NCBI GenBank assembly: GCA_044344255.1
Contig: JBIJDH010000029.1
Span: 1 to 64,000, forward strand
Direction: 5' to 3'
DNA length: 64,000 nucleotides
Source: Myxococcota bacterium
GTDB lineage: Bacteria > Myxococcota_A > UBA796 > UBA2385
The notes beneath the pieces are model-generated. The model searched no databases. It was not told the origin of the DNA and saw only the letters and a list, made by a program, of their open reading frames with translations. Both the position numbers and the translations under genes were made by a program. Positions 48,147-57,811 of the stretch are shown here, one piece after another. Position 1 is the first letter of the stretch. The number at the start of each line of letters is the position of its first letter.

Positions 48147-49205
48147 GTGCACCACCGCCGACTCCCCCGCACCCTCTGGGCGCTCCTGCCGTGCGCCCTC
48201 CTGGCTTGCACCTCCGAGAATCAGGTGGTCGGGTCCGCGCCGACGGGCGCCACCCCCGGGGCCGACCCGGGCGACGGGGCGGACGGAGGCGCCGACGAAG
48301 GCGACACAGCCCGACCCGACGGCGACGACACGGGGGACGCGCTCCCCACCGAGTATGTGATCGAGGACGACGAGCCTCCCCCCCTGCTCAGCCTGCCCGA
48401 GGTCGAGCAGTCGCTCGTCGAGGTGGTGGCCGCCTTTCGCAACTGGCGCCCCTTCCTCGTCTACGAGGCCCACGCCGCCATGCTCGCCGACGGCGACGGC
48501 GCCTGCCCCATCCCCTATGACTATTATTTCCCCACCTATGGGTACTACTACTACTATGGGAGCTGCGTCGCCGGGTCCGGGCTGACCTACGACGGCTACA
48601 TCTACGGCATCACCTACGGGACGGAGCTCGACACCGCCTCCTACGTCTATGACCACTACGCCTGGTGGTACGGCGAAGGGGCGGCTCGCCTCTCCGACGA
48701 TCAGCGCTTCGACATGTCCGGGTATTTCTATACCTACAACTATCGGTACCTCGACACCGAGGTCTCCACGGTCTATCTGAGCTTCACGGGAGAGGCCCTG
48801 TGGACTGGCGAGACCTACGGGGACACCTGGCTCGGTGAGGCCCGCAGCCTGAGCCTCACGGTCTCGGGCAACGGCGCCCCCGGCCAGGGGGCGGCGATCT
48901 CGCTCGAGGGCGGCATGAGCGGGCTGTCCACCACCCACACCGACACCGTGCGCTTCGAGGAGGTCTACATGGCCACCGAGGCCTGGGGCTCGGACTGTCC
49001 GATCGAGCCCTCCGGCATCGTCTCTGTGCGAGACGCCGCGGGCGAGTGGTACTCGGTCACCTTTGACGGCCCCGCCCACGCGGGCGCCGAGTCTTTCCCG
49101 CCGAAGTGCGACGGCTGCGGCGAGGTGTGGTACCGCGGCGCCTCCCTCGGAGCGGTCTGTCCCGACCTCGGCGCCTTGACGAGCTGGGAGCGGAACCCAT
49201 GGTGA
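48147..49205 (+). CDS. Tyr-rich beta-structured lipoprotein
   Basis: GGAG before GTG; lipobox LLAC; YDYYFPTYGYYYYYG; several Cys. Confidence 0.75.
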   Translation: MHHRRLPRTLWALLPCALLACTSENQVVGSAPTGATPGADPGDGADGGADEGDTARPDGDDTGDALPTEYVIEDDEPPPLLSLPEVEQSLVEVVAAFRNWRPFLVYEAHAAMLADGDGACPIPYDYYFPTYGYYYYYGSCVAGSGLTYDGYIYGITYGTELDTASYVYDHYAWWYGEGAARLSDDQRFDMSGYFYTYNYRYLDTEVSTVYLSFTGEALWTGETYGDTWLGEARSLSLTVSGNGAPGQGAAISLEGGMSGLSTTHTDTVRFEEVYMATEAWGSDCPIEPSGIVSVRDAAGEWYSVTFDGPAHAGAESFPPKCDGCGEVWYRGASLGAVCPDLGALTSWERNPW

Positions 49206-49212
49206 GGTCGTC

Positions 49213-50877
49213 ATGGTGATCTGGCTGGCGCTGGCTTGCGCCGACTCTACTCCCCCGGCGACGGTCCTCGTGGATCCCGCGCTCCAGGCCGAGCCTGAGG
49301 CCGGCGGCGACTCAGCGGCCCCGCTCAGCCCCGAGGTCGGCGGCCCGCCCGCCCGGCCCGTCGAGGCCCTCAGCCGAGCCAGCCTCGACCTGCGCGGGGT
49401 GCGCCCGAGCTTCGAGGAGCTCGCCCTGGTGGAGGCCGATCCCGCGGCCTTCGACGCCCTCGCGGAAGGTTTCCTCCACGACCCCCGCTTCGGCGGACGG
49501 GTGAGAGAGATGTGGGGTGACCTCTACCTCACCCATGTGGACTATTACTACGTCACCGCCTCCGAGTACGGCATCGACGACAGCGTCGGCTTCATCCGCG
49601 CGGTGGGTGACGAGCCGCTGCGCATCCTGTCCACCATCGCCGAGGAGGACCTGCCCTACACGGAGCTCGTCCAGTCCGACTGGACGATGATGAACGAGCT
49701 CAACGGGCGCGCCTTCTTCACGGACTACCCGGCCGACACGACGGGCTGGCAGCGCGTCCACTACACCGACGGCCGCCCCGCCGCCGGCATCCTGTCCACC
49801 AACGGCATGTGGTGGCGATACACCAGCACCGACTCCAACGCCAACCGCGGTCGGGCGAACGCCGTCAGCCGGATGCTCGTCTGCAGCGACTACCTCTCCC
49901 GGCCGATTGAGTTCGATCGTAACGTCAACCTCCTCGACTCCGAGGCGCTGGACGACGCGCTGCAGAACAACCCGGGCTGCGTGAGCTGCCACGCCACGCT
50001 TGACCCCATCGCGAGCTACTTCTACGGCTTCTACCACTATATCTACACATCCAAAGATGAGCTCACCGGCTATCACCCCGAGCGGGAGGGGATGTGGGCC
50101 GAGGCCACCGGGGTGGCCCCCGGATGGATGGGGGAGGCCGGATACAACCTCTCCGACCTCGGCGACCAGATCGCGGCCGACCCTCGCTACCCCGAGTGTC
50201 TCGTCCGGCAGGTCAACGAGCGGCTGCTCGGTCGGGAGCAGGGGCTGAGCGACTTTGATCGCCTGAGCGCCCATCGGGAGGCCTTCCTCCGAGAGGGGCT
50301 CACAATTCGCTCGGTCTTTCGGGCCGTGCTCGCCGAGCCCGAGTACCGCGACGGCGCCCGGGCCGACGGCGGCCTCGCGCGGCGCATGATGAGCCCCGAC
50401 CAGGTGGCGAGCGTGCTCGAAGACCTCACCACCTTCCGCTTCACCGCGGGTGGCTACGACATCCTGCAGAGCGACACCTACGGCGTGCGCACCCTCGCAG
50501 GGGGTGTGGACGGGGTCTATGCCACTCGCCCCGCCACCGAGCCCAACGCCACCATGCTGCTCGTGCACGAGCGGGTCGCTCAGGCCGCCGCCGACCACAT
50601 CGTCCGGCGGGACGCCGCGGCCCCGGCCGAGGAGGACCACCTCTTCCGGCGGATCGACTTCACCGAGACGCCGGACCGTGGCGGGGAGGCGATGGTGCTC
50701 CAGCTCCAAGACCTCCACCTCCGCCTCTTCGGTCGCCACGTCGCCGCGGACGGGCCGGAGGTCGAGGCCAACCTCGGCCTGTGGACGGAGCTCTACGCCC
50801 TCAGCGGGAGCGTCACCGGCGCCTGGACCGGCCTCCTCTCCGTCCTCCTCCGCGACCCCGACCTCCTGATCTATTGA
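49213..50877 (+). CDS. DUF1549/DUF1553-like protein with a CxxCH motif
   Basis: RASLDLRGVRPS start, AGILST, CVSCHATLDP; lies upstream of a DUF1501 gene. Confidence 0.7.
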   Translation: MVIWLALACADSTPPATVLVDPALQAEPEAGGDSAAPLSPEVGGPPARPVEALSRASLDLRGVRPSFEELALVEADPAAFDALAEGFLHDPRFGGRVREMWGDLYLTHVDYYYVTASEYGIDDSVGFIRAVGDEPLRILSTIAEEDLPYTELVQSDWTMMNELNGRAFFTDYPADTTGWQRVHYTDGRPAAGILSTNGMWWRYTSTDSNANRGRANAVSRMLVCSDYLSRPIEFDRNVNLLDSEALDDALQNNPGCVSCHATLDPIASYFYGFYHYIYTSKDELTGYHPEREGMWAEATGVAPGWMGEAGYNLSDLGDQIAADPRYPECLVRQVNERLLGREQGLSDFDRLSAHREAFLREGLTIRSVFRAVLAEPEYRDGARADGGLARRMMSPDQVASVLEDLTTFRFTAGGYDILQSDTYGVRTLAGGVDGVYATRPATEPNATMLLVHERVAQAAADHIVRRDAAAPAEEDHLFRRIDFTETPDRGGEAMVLQLQDLHLRLFGRHVAADGPEVEANLGLWTELYALSGSVTGAWTGLLSVLLRDPDLLIY

Positions 50878-50918
50878 TTGGGTCTATTGATCCCCCGGTA
50901 TCCGGAGCGCCGCTGGCC

Positions 50919-52226
50919 ATGATGAAGACCAACCGCATCTACCTGTCCCGTCGTGGGCTCCTTCGCGCGGGCGGGCAGTCGCTCGGGGTGGGCCTCGGGG
51001 CGATGGGCCTCGGCGCGCTGGGCCTCGGCGCGAGGCCGGCGATGGCCGCCTCCGTGTCTGGCTCCGACCTCAAGTTCCTCTTCGTGGTCTGTTACGGCGG
51101 CTGGGACCCCACCCGTGTCTTCGCGAGTGAGCTCGACAACCCCTTCGTAGACCTCGAGGGAGACGCCGGCCTGGGCACGAGCGGAGACCTGCGCTGGATC
51201 GAGCATGACAGCCGCCCTGCGGTGACCGAATACATGTCACTCCAGGCCGCCCGCACGCTCTTCTTCAACGGCGTGCTGGTCCAGTCGATCGCGCACGAGA
51301 ACTGCCTCCGCATCCAGCTCACCGGCTCCACCGCACAAGACCGCAGCGACTGGGGGGCCATCCTCGCCGGCGAGCGGGCAGAGGCCTTCGCGTTGCCGCA
51401 GGTGGTGGTCGGCGGGCCCTCCTTCCCGGGCGACTTCGGCGCCTTCGTCACCCGCACCGGCACTGGGGGCCAGCTCACGAGCCTCCTGTCCGGAGACATC
51501 GCGGCGACGAGCGACACTCCGGTCTCCGCCGTGGACGGGACGGCGGAGGCGATCATGGACCGCTACCTCCGGTCCCGCTCCGCCGCGCGGCTATCCGGCG
51601 CCGCCGCGGGCGAAGACGCGCTGCTGATGGACGCCTTCGACCGCGCCCTCGAGCGCGAGCAGCTGCTCAAGAGCCTGCGCCACGACGTCCCCTGGAGCGC
51701 CGCCACCACCTTCGCCGGACAGGCCCGACTGGCGATCGAGCTCATGTCGCTGGGCCTGTCGCGGGTGTCTACCCTGTCCTACTCGCTGTACGGCTGGGAC
51801 ACCCACACGATGAACGACACCTACCAAGCCTTGAACTTCCAAGGCCTGTTCACCGAGCTCAACACCATCCACGACCGCCTCGCTCGCACCCCCGGGACGA
51901 CCGCGGCCACCCTGGCCGACGAGACCGTGGTCGTCGTGATGTCGGAGATGGGCCGCACGCCCCAGCTCAACGGGAATGACGGGAAGGACCACTGGCCCTA
52001 CACCGCCACGATGGTCACCGGCCCGAACATCCGCGGCGGGCGGGTGATCGGCGGCTACGACAGCGCCTACTACGGGCGCACCATCGACCCCGCCACCGGC
52101 GACGTCACCGATGACGCCACCAACCTCTCGAGCGACGTCGTGGGAGCCACCCTGCTCGCCCTCGGCGGGGTCGATCCGAGCGGCTACACTACCGGGGTCG
52201 AGCCCGTGCTCGGCGCCCTCGCCTGA
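50919..52226 (+). CDS. DUF1501 protein with Tat signal
   Basis: SRRGLL; GGWD, GWDTH, SEMGRTP, GKDHWP. Confidence 0.88.
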   Translation: MMKTNRIYLSRRGLLRAGGQSLGVGLGAMGLGALGLGARPAMAASVSGSDLKFLFVVCYGGWDPTRVFASELDNPFVDLEGDAGLGTSGDLRWIEHDSRPAVTEYMSLQAARTLFFNGVLVQSIAHENCLRIQLTGSTAQDRSDWGAILAGERAEAFALPQVVVGGPSFPGDFGAFVTRTGTGGQLTSLLSGDIAATSDTPVSAVDGTAEAIMDRYLRSRSAARLSGAAAGEDALLMDAFDRALEREQLLKSLRHDVPWSAATTFAGQARLAIELMSLGLSRVSTLSYSLYGWDTHTMNDTYQALNFQGLFTELNTIHDRLARTPGTTAATLADETVVVVMSEMGRTPQLNGNDGKDHWPYTATMVTGPNIRGGRVIGGYDSAYYGRTIDPATGDVTDDATNLSSDVVGATLLALGGVDPSGYTTGVEPVLGALA

Positions 52227-54801
52227 GGAGCAGGGCCAAGAGCGCCATCGACAGGCCGCCCCGCGCCGGGCTCGTCGAGCAGCCTCCCTTGCTCCCCTCC
52301 GCCCCGCCCTCCGCCGCCGGCTCCTCCGCGCCGACTGGCGCGCCGCTGTCCTCATCCTCCACCGGCTCGGCGCTGTCGGCCTCCCCGCAGTCCAGGGCGC
52401 GGCTGGCGTCGAGGTCATCGCAGTCCTCTCCGCCGTACTCCGCGGCGTCCACCCCGTCCCCGTCCTGATCATAGTCGGAGCCCTGGCAGTCGCTGTCCGC
52501 GCCGTCATACCAGACCTCGGGCGCGCCGGGATAGACCGCGGCGTCTCCCTCATCACAGTCCAACCAGGCGAGGACCCCGTCACCGTCGGCGTCGTCGGTC
52601 CAAGTGTTCGGGCCACCCATGAGACCGATGTCGCTGCGACTGCCGTCGGGATCGACGAGGCTCGGGTCTCCGGCGTCCCGGAGGGGGCTCTCGGGCGACA
52701 GGGTGAAGGTGTCGTCGAGCGAGTTCCCGTCACCGTCATACCGAGCGAAGAGCGGGTCACCCTCCACCTTGTCGGTGTAGAGCGCCGCGGTGAGGGCCCC
52801 GCCGAGCTCCGCCGGGCTGTTCTCGTGGGTCGCGACCCAGGCGGCTTCGCTCCCCTCGGCGTCGTCCCCGACCACGGCGGCGCTGCCCCCGCTGTTGTAG
52901 GCCACCACCGAGTTGATCAGCGTGAAGGGGGCCTGCCAGGCATAGAGGGCGCTCCCCTCCACGCTCGCTCGATTGCCGATGAGGGCGGCGTTCCGAAGGG
53001 TCAGCGCGCCCCCCTCCAACAGGCAGAGCCCGGCGCCGGTGGTGGAGTCATTCTGCTGGGAGAGGATGTTCTCCGCCTGCCCCTCCAGGACACCTCGGAG
53101 ATAGAGCCCCCCGCCATAGGGCGCGGTGTTCCCCCGGACCCGCAGGCGGGTGAGCGCGACCGAGCTGGCTTCGCGCAGGTGCAGCCCGCCCCCGCCCATC
53201 GCCGCCTCGTTCTCGTCGAGGTCCACGTCCACCAGCTCCAACAGGCCGAGCTCCGTCCCGGAGAAGCCCCCCCCGGCGTCTCCCGTCTGGTTGTTGGACA
53301 GGTTCGCCTCCCGGAGTGAAAAATCGCCGCCACGAACGGCGACGCCGCCGCCCCCGTAGAGGGAGGAGACATTGCCGGTCACGACGAGGTCGCGGAAGGC
53401 GGTGTTGGAGGCCTCGATGAGCAGGCCGCCACCGCCCTGGGCGGCGGCGTTTCCATCCAGGGTGAGCGTGGAGCCGCTCACCATCGTGTTGCCGAGGAGG
53501 TAGGCCGCACCACCGCCGCCGTTGACGGCCTCGTTCTCCGTCCAGGTCTCATTCGAGAGCACAGCCAGCACGCCCACGTACGCCAGATAGAGGGCGCCGC
53601 CGCTGTAATAGGCGCGGTTCTCGGCGTACACGTTGTCCGACAGGGTGAGCGACGACATGTAGCCGATGGACAGCGCTCCCCCCGAGCCGTAGGTGGCCAG
53701 GTTCTCCTCGAAGGTGCTCCCGCGGATGACCCAACTGTCTCCGGAGTACGCATACGCGACCCCCCCGTTGTACAGGGCGGTGTTGGTCAGGAACAGGCTG
53801 TCCTCCACGCTGAGGCTGCTGACCGTCGACCCGTAGAGGACGCCGCCATAGATGGCGTAGTTCGACGTGAACTCGACCTCGTCCAGCGAAAGATCGATGT
53901 AGGAGAAGGCGCCCAGCGCCCCACCCCCATAGGCCTGATTGGACGAGAAGTCCGATCCGGAGATGACCCCGCTGCTGTAGTTATAGAACATGATCGCGCC
54001 GCCATAGCCGGCGTCGGCGGCGTTCCCGCTGAGCGAGGAGGCGCGCAAGATGAGCTCGGATGCGTAGCCCATGAAGAAGGCGCCGCCGTAGCCCCCCGTC
54101 GAGGTGTTGCCCTCCACCGTGAGCCCCTCGGCGGTCACGAGGGAGGCGCTGTCGAACCAGGCCGCGCCGCCGTGGTTGGAGGCTGTGTTGCCGACCAGCT
54201 CGGAATTCCAGAGCTCGACCACCGTGCCCGCCGTGTAGATCGAGCCCCCGTAGGTGCTGCTGCCGAGGCTGAAGCGGCTGTCCTCGATGAAGAGGCTGCC
54301 CCCGTTGCTGTAGATGTGGGCTCCGTAGAGCGCCGCGCCGCCGGTGAAGGTGGAGCCGGTGATGAGCAGAGAGACCCCTCCGGTCGCGGCGATGGCCCCT
54401 CCCACGAGGGCGCTGTTTCCGAGGTCATCGAAGAGGCAGTCGACGAGCTCGAGGTCGGTGTTGGTCGCGAAGACACCCCGGTAGCCCGCGTTTCGGACCG
54501 TGAAGCCCTCGAGCCGCACCGTGCCGGCGCCCGTGTTCGACGACTTGAAGGCCCAGGTGCCCGCGCCCGCCGGATCGAGCTCCGTCACCGCGGCCCCGTC
54601 AACGGCGAGGATCGAGAGCGCCTTACCCTCGAGGGTCAAGGACTCCGCCCACGTCCCGGCGCCCACCTCCAGGGTGTCGCCGTCGCTCGCCGCCGCGACG
54701 GCCGCCGTCAGGGTGGCGAAGTCGCCGCTGCCGTCCTTGCGGACGGTCCAGATGCCAGCGGCGGCGTCAGAGAGGAGGGACAGCAGCAGGAGGGGCGACA
54801 T
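52189..54801 (-). CDS. surface beta-helix (Pmp-like repeat) protein with MopE-type motif and MYXO-CTERM
   Basis: Repeated GGA(I/L)...F..N; DCDEGDAAVYPGAPEVWYDGADSDC; GGCS...LLALLLRRGRR tail. Confidence 0.85.
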   Translation of the reverse strand: MSPLLLLSLLSDAAAGIWTVRKDGSGDFATLTAAVAAASDGDTLEVGAGTWAESLTLEGKALSILAVDGAAVTELDPAGAGTWAFKSSNTGAGTVRLEGFTVRNAGYRGVFATNTDLELVDCLFDDLGNSALVGGAIAATGGVSLLITGSTFTGGAALYGAHIYSNGGSLFIEDSRFSLGSSTYGGSIYTAGTVVELWNSELVGNTASNHGGAAWFDSASLVTAEGLTVEGNTSTGGYGGAFFMGYASELILRASSLSGNAADAGYGGAIMFYNYSSGVISGSDFSSNQAYGGGALGAFSYIDLSLDEVEFTSNYAIYGGVLYGSTVSSLSVEDSLFLTNTALYNGGVAYAYSGDSWVIRGSTFEENLATYGSGGALSIGYMSSLTLSDNVYAENRAYYSGGALYLAYVGVLAVLSNETWTENEAVNGGGGAAYLLGNTMVSGSTLTLDGNAAAQGGGGLLIEASNTAFRDLVVTGNVSSLYGGGGVAVRGGDFSLREANLSNNQTGDAGGGFSGTELGLLELVDVDLDENEAAMGGGGLHLREASSVALTRLRVRGNTAPYGGGLYLRGVLEGQAENILSQQNDSTTGAGLCLLEGGALTLRNAALIGNRASVEGSALYAWQAPFTLINSVVAYNSGGSAAVVGDDAEGSEAAWVATHENSPAELGGALTAALYTDKVEGDPLFARYDGDGNSLDDTFTLSPESPLRDAGDPSLVDPDGSRSDIGLMGGPNTWTDDADGDGVLAWLDCDEGDAAVYPGAPEVWYDGADSDCQGSDYDQDGDGVDAAEYGGEDCDDLDASRALDCGEADSAEPVEDEDSGAPVGAEEPAAEGGAEGSKGGCSTSPARGGLSMALLALLLRRGRRARARPR

Positions 54802-54864
54802 CGAGGCTCCGCGGGGCAGCAGAGTATCACCGTGGCGAACCCACGGACCCCTCCACCGCCGCCT

Positions 54865-55107
54865 CTACCGCCGCCTCCACCGCCGTCCAGAAGTGGTCCG
54901 TCCCGAGGCCAGGAACCGATAGAACGAATCGACAGCGGGGAGCTGCCCCTCGACGCGCCGCTGAGAGAGCTCCACCCGGTGGGAGCCGACGACGCGACAG
55001 ACCGAGGAGAGGACCGCGTCGCGCCCGCGCGTGAGCGAGCCCGCGAAGACGAAGTCGTAGGCTCGCTCGTCGTCGCGATAAAGGTTCTCCAATTCTCCAA
55101 TCACCAC
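54865..55107 (-). CDS. small hypothetical ORF or gene fragment
   Basis: Protein-like composition (MVIGELENLYRDD...), co-oriented with neighbours; no motif recognised. Confidence 0.25.
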   Translation of the reverse strand: MVIGELENLYRDDERAYDFVFAGSLTRGRDAVLSSVCRVVGSHRVELSQRRVEGQLPAVDSFYRFLASGRTTSGRRWRRR

Positions 55108-55137
55108 GGTCCGTCTTCGCCAGGGCTGCCCGGCAAT

Positions 55138-55188
55138 GAACCCGGAGATGAACCCGGAGAAGAACCCGGAGAAGAACCCGGAGAAGAA
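55138..55188. repeat. 12-bp tandem repeat x4 (gaacccggagaW)
   Basis: Units at 55138, 55150, 55162, 55174. Confidence 0.9.
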
Positions 55189-55225
55189 GGCGGGCCGATC
55201 GACTTCGCCCGAGGTGTCGCCCGAG

Positions 55226-57811
55226 TCAGAGCTCGAAGCAGTAGATGCCCGAGGACTGGCTGCAGAAGAGCCAGCCCACGTTCGTCCAGCCCGAGCCGGT
55301 CTCGTAGCTCCGCCCGGTCGTCGCGTAGAAGTGGTTCCCGTAGCAGACACCACAGCCGTTCGTCCAATTGGTGCAGAGCCCGTTGGTCGAGCTGCTGGTG
55401 CCGCGGGTGCCGTTCGTGTCCGTGCCGGTCTTCACCCACTTCGACTGGGTGGCGCCGTTCTCGTCCAGGTTGATGGCGTGGCTGATGCTACCGTCGGTGA
55501 GGTCGGCGCGCGAGGTGGCGATGACCGTGCCGTCGAGGAGCACGAAGGGGCCGAGGCCGACGCGGTCGATGGCGTTGGTGCCCGTGTCGGACATATAGGC
55601 CACCCACGCCCCGCCGAGGCCGGCGGTGTCGGCGGCGTCCTGACAGATCAGATCGGCGCCCGTGAGGCCGCTCGTGTCGCCGGAGAAGTCGCTCGCGGTG
55701 ACGAAGACGCGGTCCACGCCGTCGTCGATCGTGACGCTGACGCTCGCCGGGGCGCCGTCGTCGGCGCCGTCATTCGGCGTGACCGTGCAGGTCCAGAGCT
55801 CCCGCGCCGCGGTGTCGGCGCCCGTCGCCTCGTCGTCGGGCCAGGTGACCGTGCTCGGCCCGACGTCGCCGCTGCGGGGATAGGCCGCGCCGTCCGCCGT
55901 CCAGCCCATCCGATAGGAGACCGTGTCACCGTCCGCGTCACTGGAGGGGCTCGTGACCGAGCAGAGCACGTCCTCCCCCTCGTCAGGGTCGGGCGGGGTG
56001 AGCGCCACCGCGGGGGCGGTGGGCGGGCTGTTCTGGATGGTGAGGGAGGCGCTCCGCTGCGTGGCTCCGACCCCGTGGGCGTCGCGCGGGGTGACGTCGA
56101 GCGCGACCACATCCCCCTTCTGGGAGTAGGAGGCCCCGAGGCTCGTGCCGGTCACGCCCACCGAGATGCCGTTCACCAGCCAGTCGTACGACAGGCTGAT
56201 GGCGTCGCCCTCGGGGTCGGTGGCGGTGACGGAGGCGACGAGGGTGTCGGTGGTCACCGGCGCCGAGGGGCTCAGCGAGATCGCGACGATCGAGGGCGGC
56301 GAATTGGAGATGGTGAGGCTGGCAGACAGCGGAGCGCCCGCGTCGGTGCCGTCAAAGGGGGTGGCGGTGCAGGTCACCGTGTCGCCGGTCTGGAAGGCCC
56401 CAGCGAGCGTGTCGCCCACGCCAGCCGCGGTCGAGCCCACCGTCCAGGCGTAGGTGCTCAGATCGGCGTCGCCATCCGCGTCCGCAAAGCCGCTGAGCGT
56501 GCAGCGCAGCGTGTCCGCGGCGGTGGCGGGGTCGGGCGTGATGGCCAAGGCCGCGGCGCTGGGGGCGGTGTTGCCGACCAACACCTCGGCGACGCCGGCG
56601 GCCCCTGGCCCCACACCGTCGTTGGCCCGCACCGAGACCTGCCAGCGCTCCCCCCGCGCGGTGGCGGTGGCGGGGAGCACCCCGGTGTCGCTGGCCAGGC
56701 TGAGGGTGCCGTCGACGAGCCACTCGATGGTGTAAGCGAGGGTCTCTCCTTCGGGGTCAGTCGAAACGACGTCGAGGTTGAGGGTGAGGTCATCGCCGGT
56801 GCGCGGGCTGGCGGGGCTGATCGACACGATCGGCGCGTCCGGCGCACCGTTCACCTGGAGGGCGACGGAGTCCGTACAGACCGCGCCGCGGCTGTCGGTG
56901 ACCGTGAAGGCGAGCAGGTGGTCTCCACGAGAGAGCGCGGGCGCGACCACCACGCTCCGCCCCCCGCTGTCGAGGCTGGCGGCGTCGATCACCCCGTCGA
57001 GGCTGCTCTCCCAGGTGCCCACCAGCGTCCCCGCGCTGTCCTCCCCGTCGGCCCCCTCGCCGATCAGCTCCACCGCGGCGCCCTCGCGCAAGACTGCTCC
57101 GTCGGAGGGCGCAAGGACGCCGCAGGTGGGCGCCTCATTGGGCTCCACCACGGTGATGAGCACGCTCGCGGTGTCGGTGGCGCCGGCGGAGTCGGTCACG
57201 ACCACCTGCAGCGCCTGGGCCCCGAGGGGCAGGCTCACGTAGGCCTCGGCGAGGCCGTCGCTGTCCAGGGTCGACTCCACGGACAGCGCCCCGTCGAGCG
57301 TGGAGCTCCAGGCGAGGGAGAGCTCTTCGGGGGAGTCCTCCTCATCGGAGATGCGGGCCAGCAAGCGCACCGGCGCGTCGCTCGGCCACTCCGAGCCCTC
57401 CGTGGGGCCCTCGATGGTGACGGAGGGCGGGGCGTTGGGGTCGATTGAGAGGATGCGGGAGGTCTGCCCGACCGCCCCGTCCGGGTCGCGCACCTCGAGC
57501 TCGATCTGGAACTCGGTGCGCGGCACGAGGATCGAGCACTCGGTCCCTCCAGCGGTGTCCGGCGTGCCCACGCAGGCCGGCTCGTCATCGACGAACCAGC
57601 GGGCCTCCAGATCGAGGGGCGCGTCATCGGGATCAGAGGCGCTCCCGCGCAGCACGACCGCCATCCCCTCCGGCACGGCCTCGTGCTCGGCGGGGGAGGT
57701 GATCTCGGCCTTCGGCCCAGCGTTGTGCTTGGTGAGCCCGCCGTCGCTGCAGGCGACTGCGACGCTCAACACCGCGCTGGGAAGGAGGCGCGACGGCCGC
57801 GCGGCCACCAC
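55226..57811 (-). CDS. lipoprotein with Ig/PKD-like repeats and a C-terminal DUF1554 (endostatin-like) domain
   Basis: Lipobox AVAC; repeated N..P...I.P, D.DGD, VTP.DG; RVFVT...GLTGADLICQ...WVAYMS. Confidence 0.8.
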   Translation of the reverse strand: MVAARPSRLLPSAVLSVAVACSDGGLTKHNAGPKAEITSPAEHEAVPEGMAVVLRGSASDPDDAPLDLEARWFVDDEPACVGTPDTAGGTECSILVPRTEFQIELEVRDPDGAVGQTSRILSIDPNAPPSVTIEGPTEGSEWPSDAPVRLLARISDEEDSPEELSLAWSSTLDGALSVESTLDSDGLAEAYVSLPLGAQALQVVVTDSAGATDTASVLITVVEPNEAPTCGVLAPSDGAVLREGAAVELIGEGADGEDSAGTLVGTWESSLDGVIDAASLDSGGRSVVVAPALSRGDHLLAFTVTDSRGAVCTDSVALQVNGAPDAPIVSISPASPRTGDDLTLNLDVVSTDPEGETLAYTIEWLVDGTLSLASDTGVLPATATARGERWQVSVRANDGVGPGAAGVAEVLVGNTAPSAAALAITPDPATAADTLRCTLSGFADADGDADLSTYAWTVGSTAAGVGDTLAGAFQTGDTVTCTATPFDGTDAGAPLSASLTISNSPPSIVAISLSPSAPVTTDTLVASVTATDPEGDAISLSYDWLVNGISVGVTGTSLGASYSQKGDVVALDVTPRDAHGVGATQRSASLTIQNSPPTAPAVALTPPDPDEGEDVLCSVTSPSSDADGDTVSYRMGWTADGAAYPRSGDVGPSTVTWPDDEATGADTAARELWTCTVTPNDGADDGAPASVSVTIDDGVDRVFVTASDFSGDTSGLTGADLICQDAADTAGLGGAWVAYMSDTGTNAIDRVGLGPFVLLDGTVIATSRADLTDGSISHAINLDENGATQSKWVKTGTDTNGTRGTSSSTNGLCTNWTNGCGVCYGNHFYATTGRSYETGSGWTNVGWLFCSQSSGIYCFEL

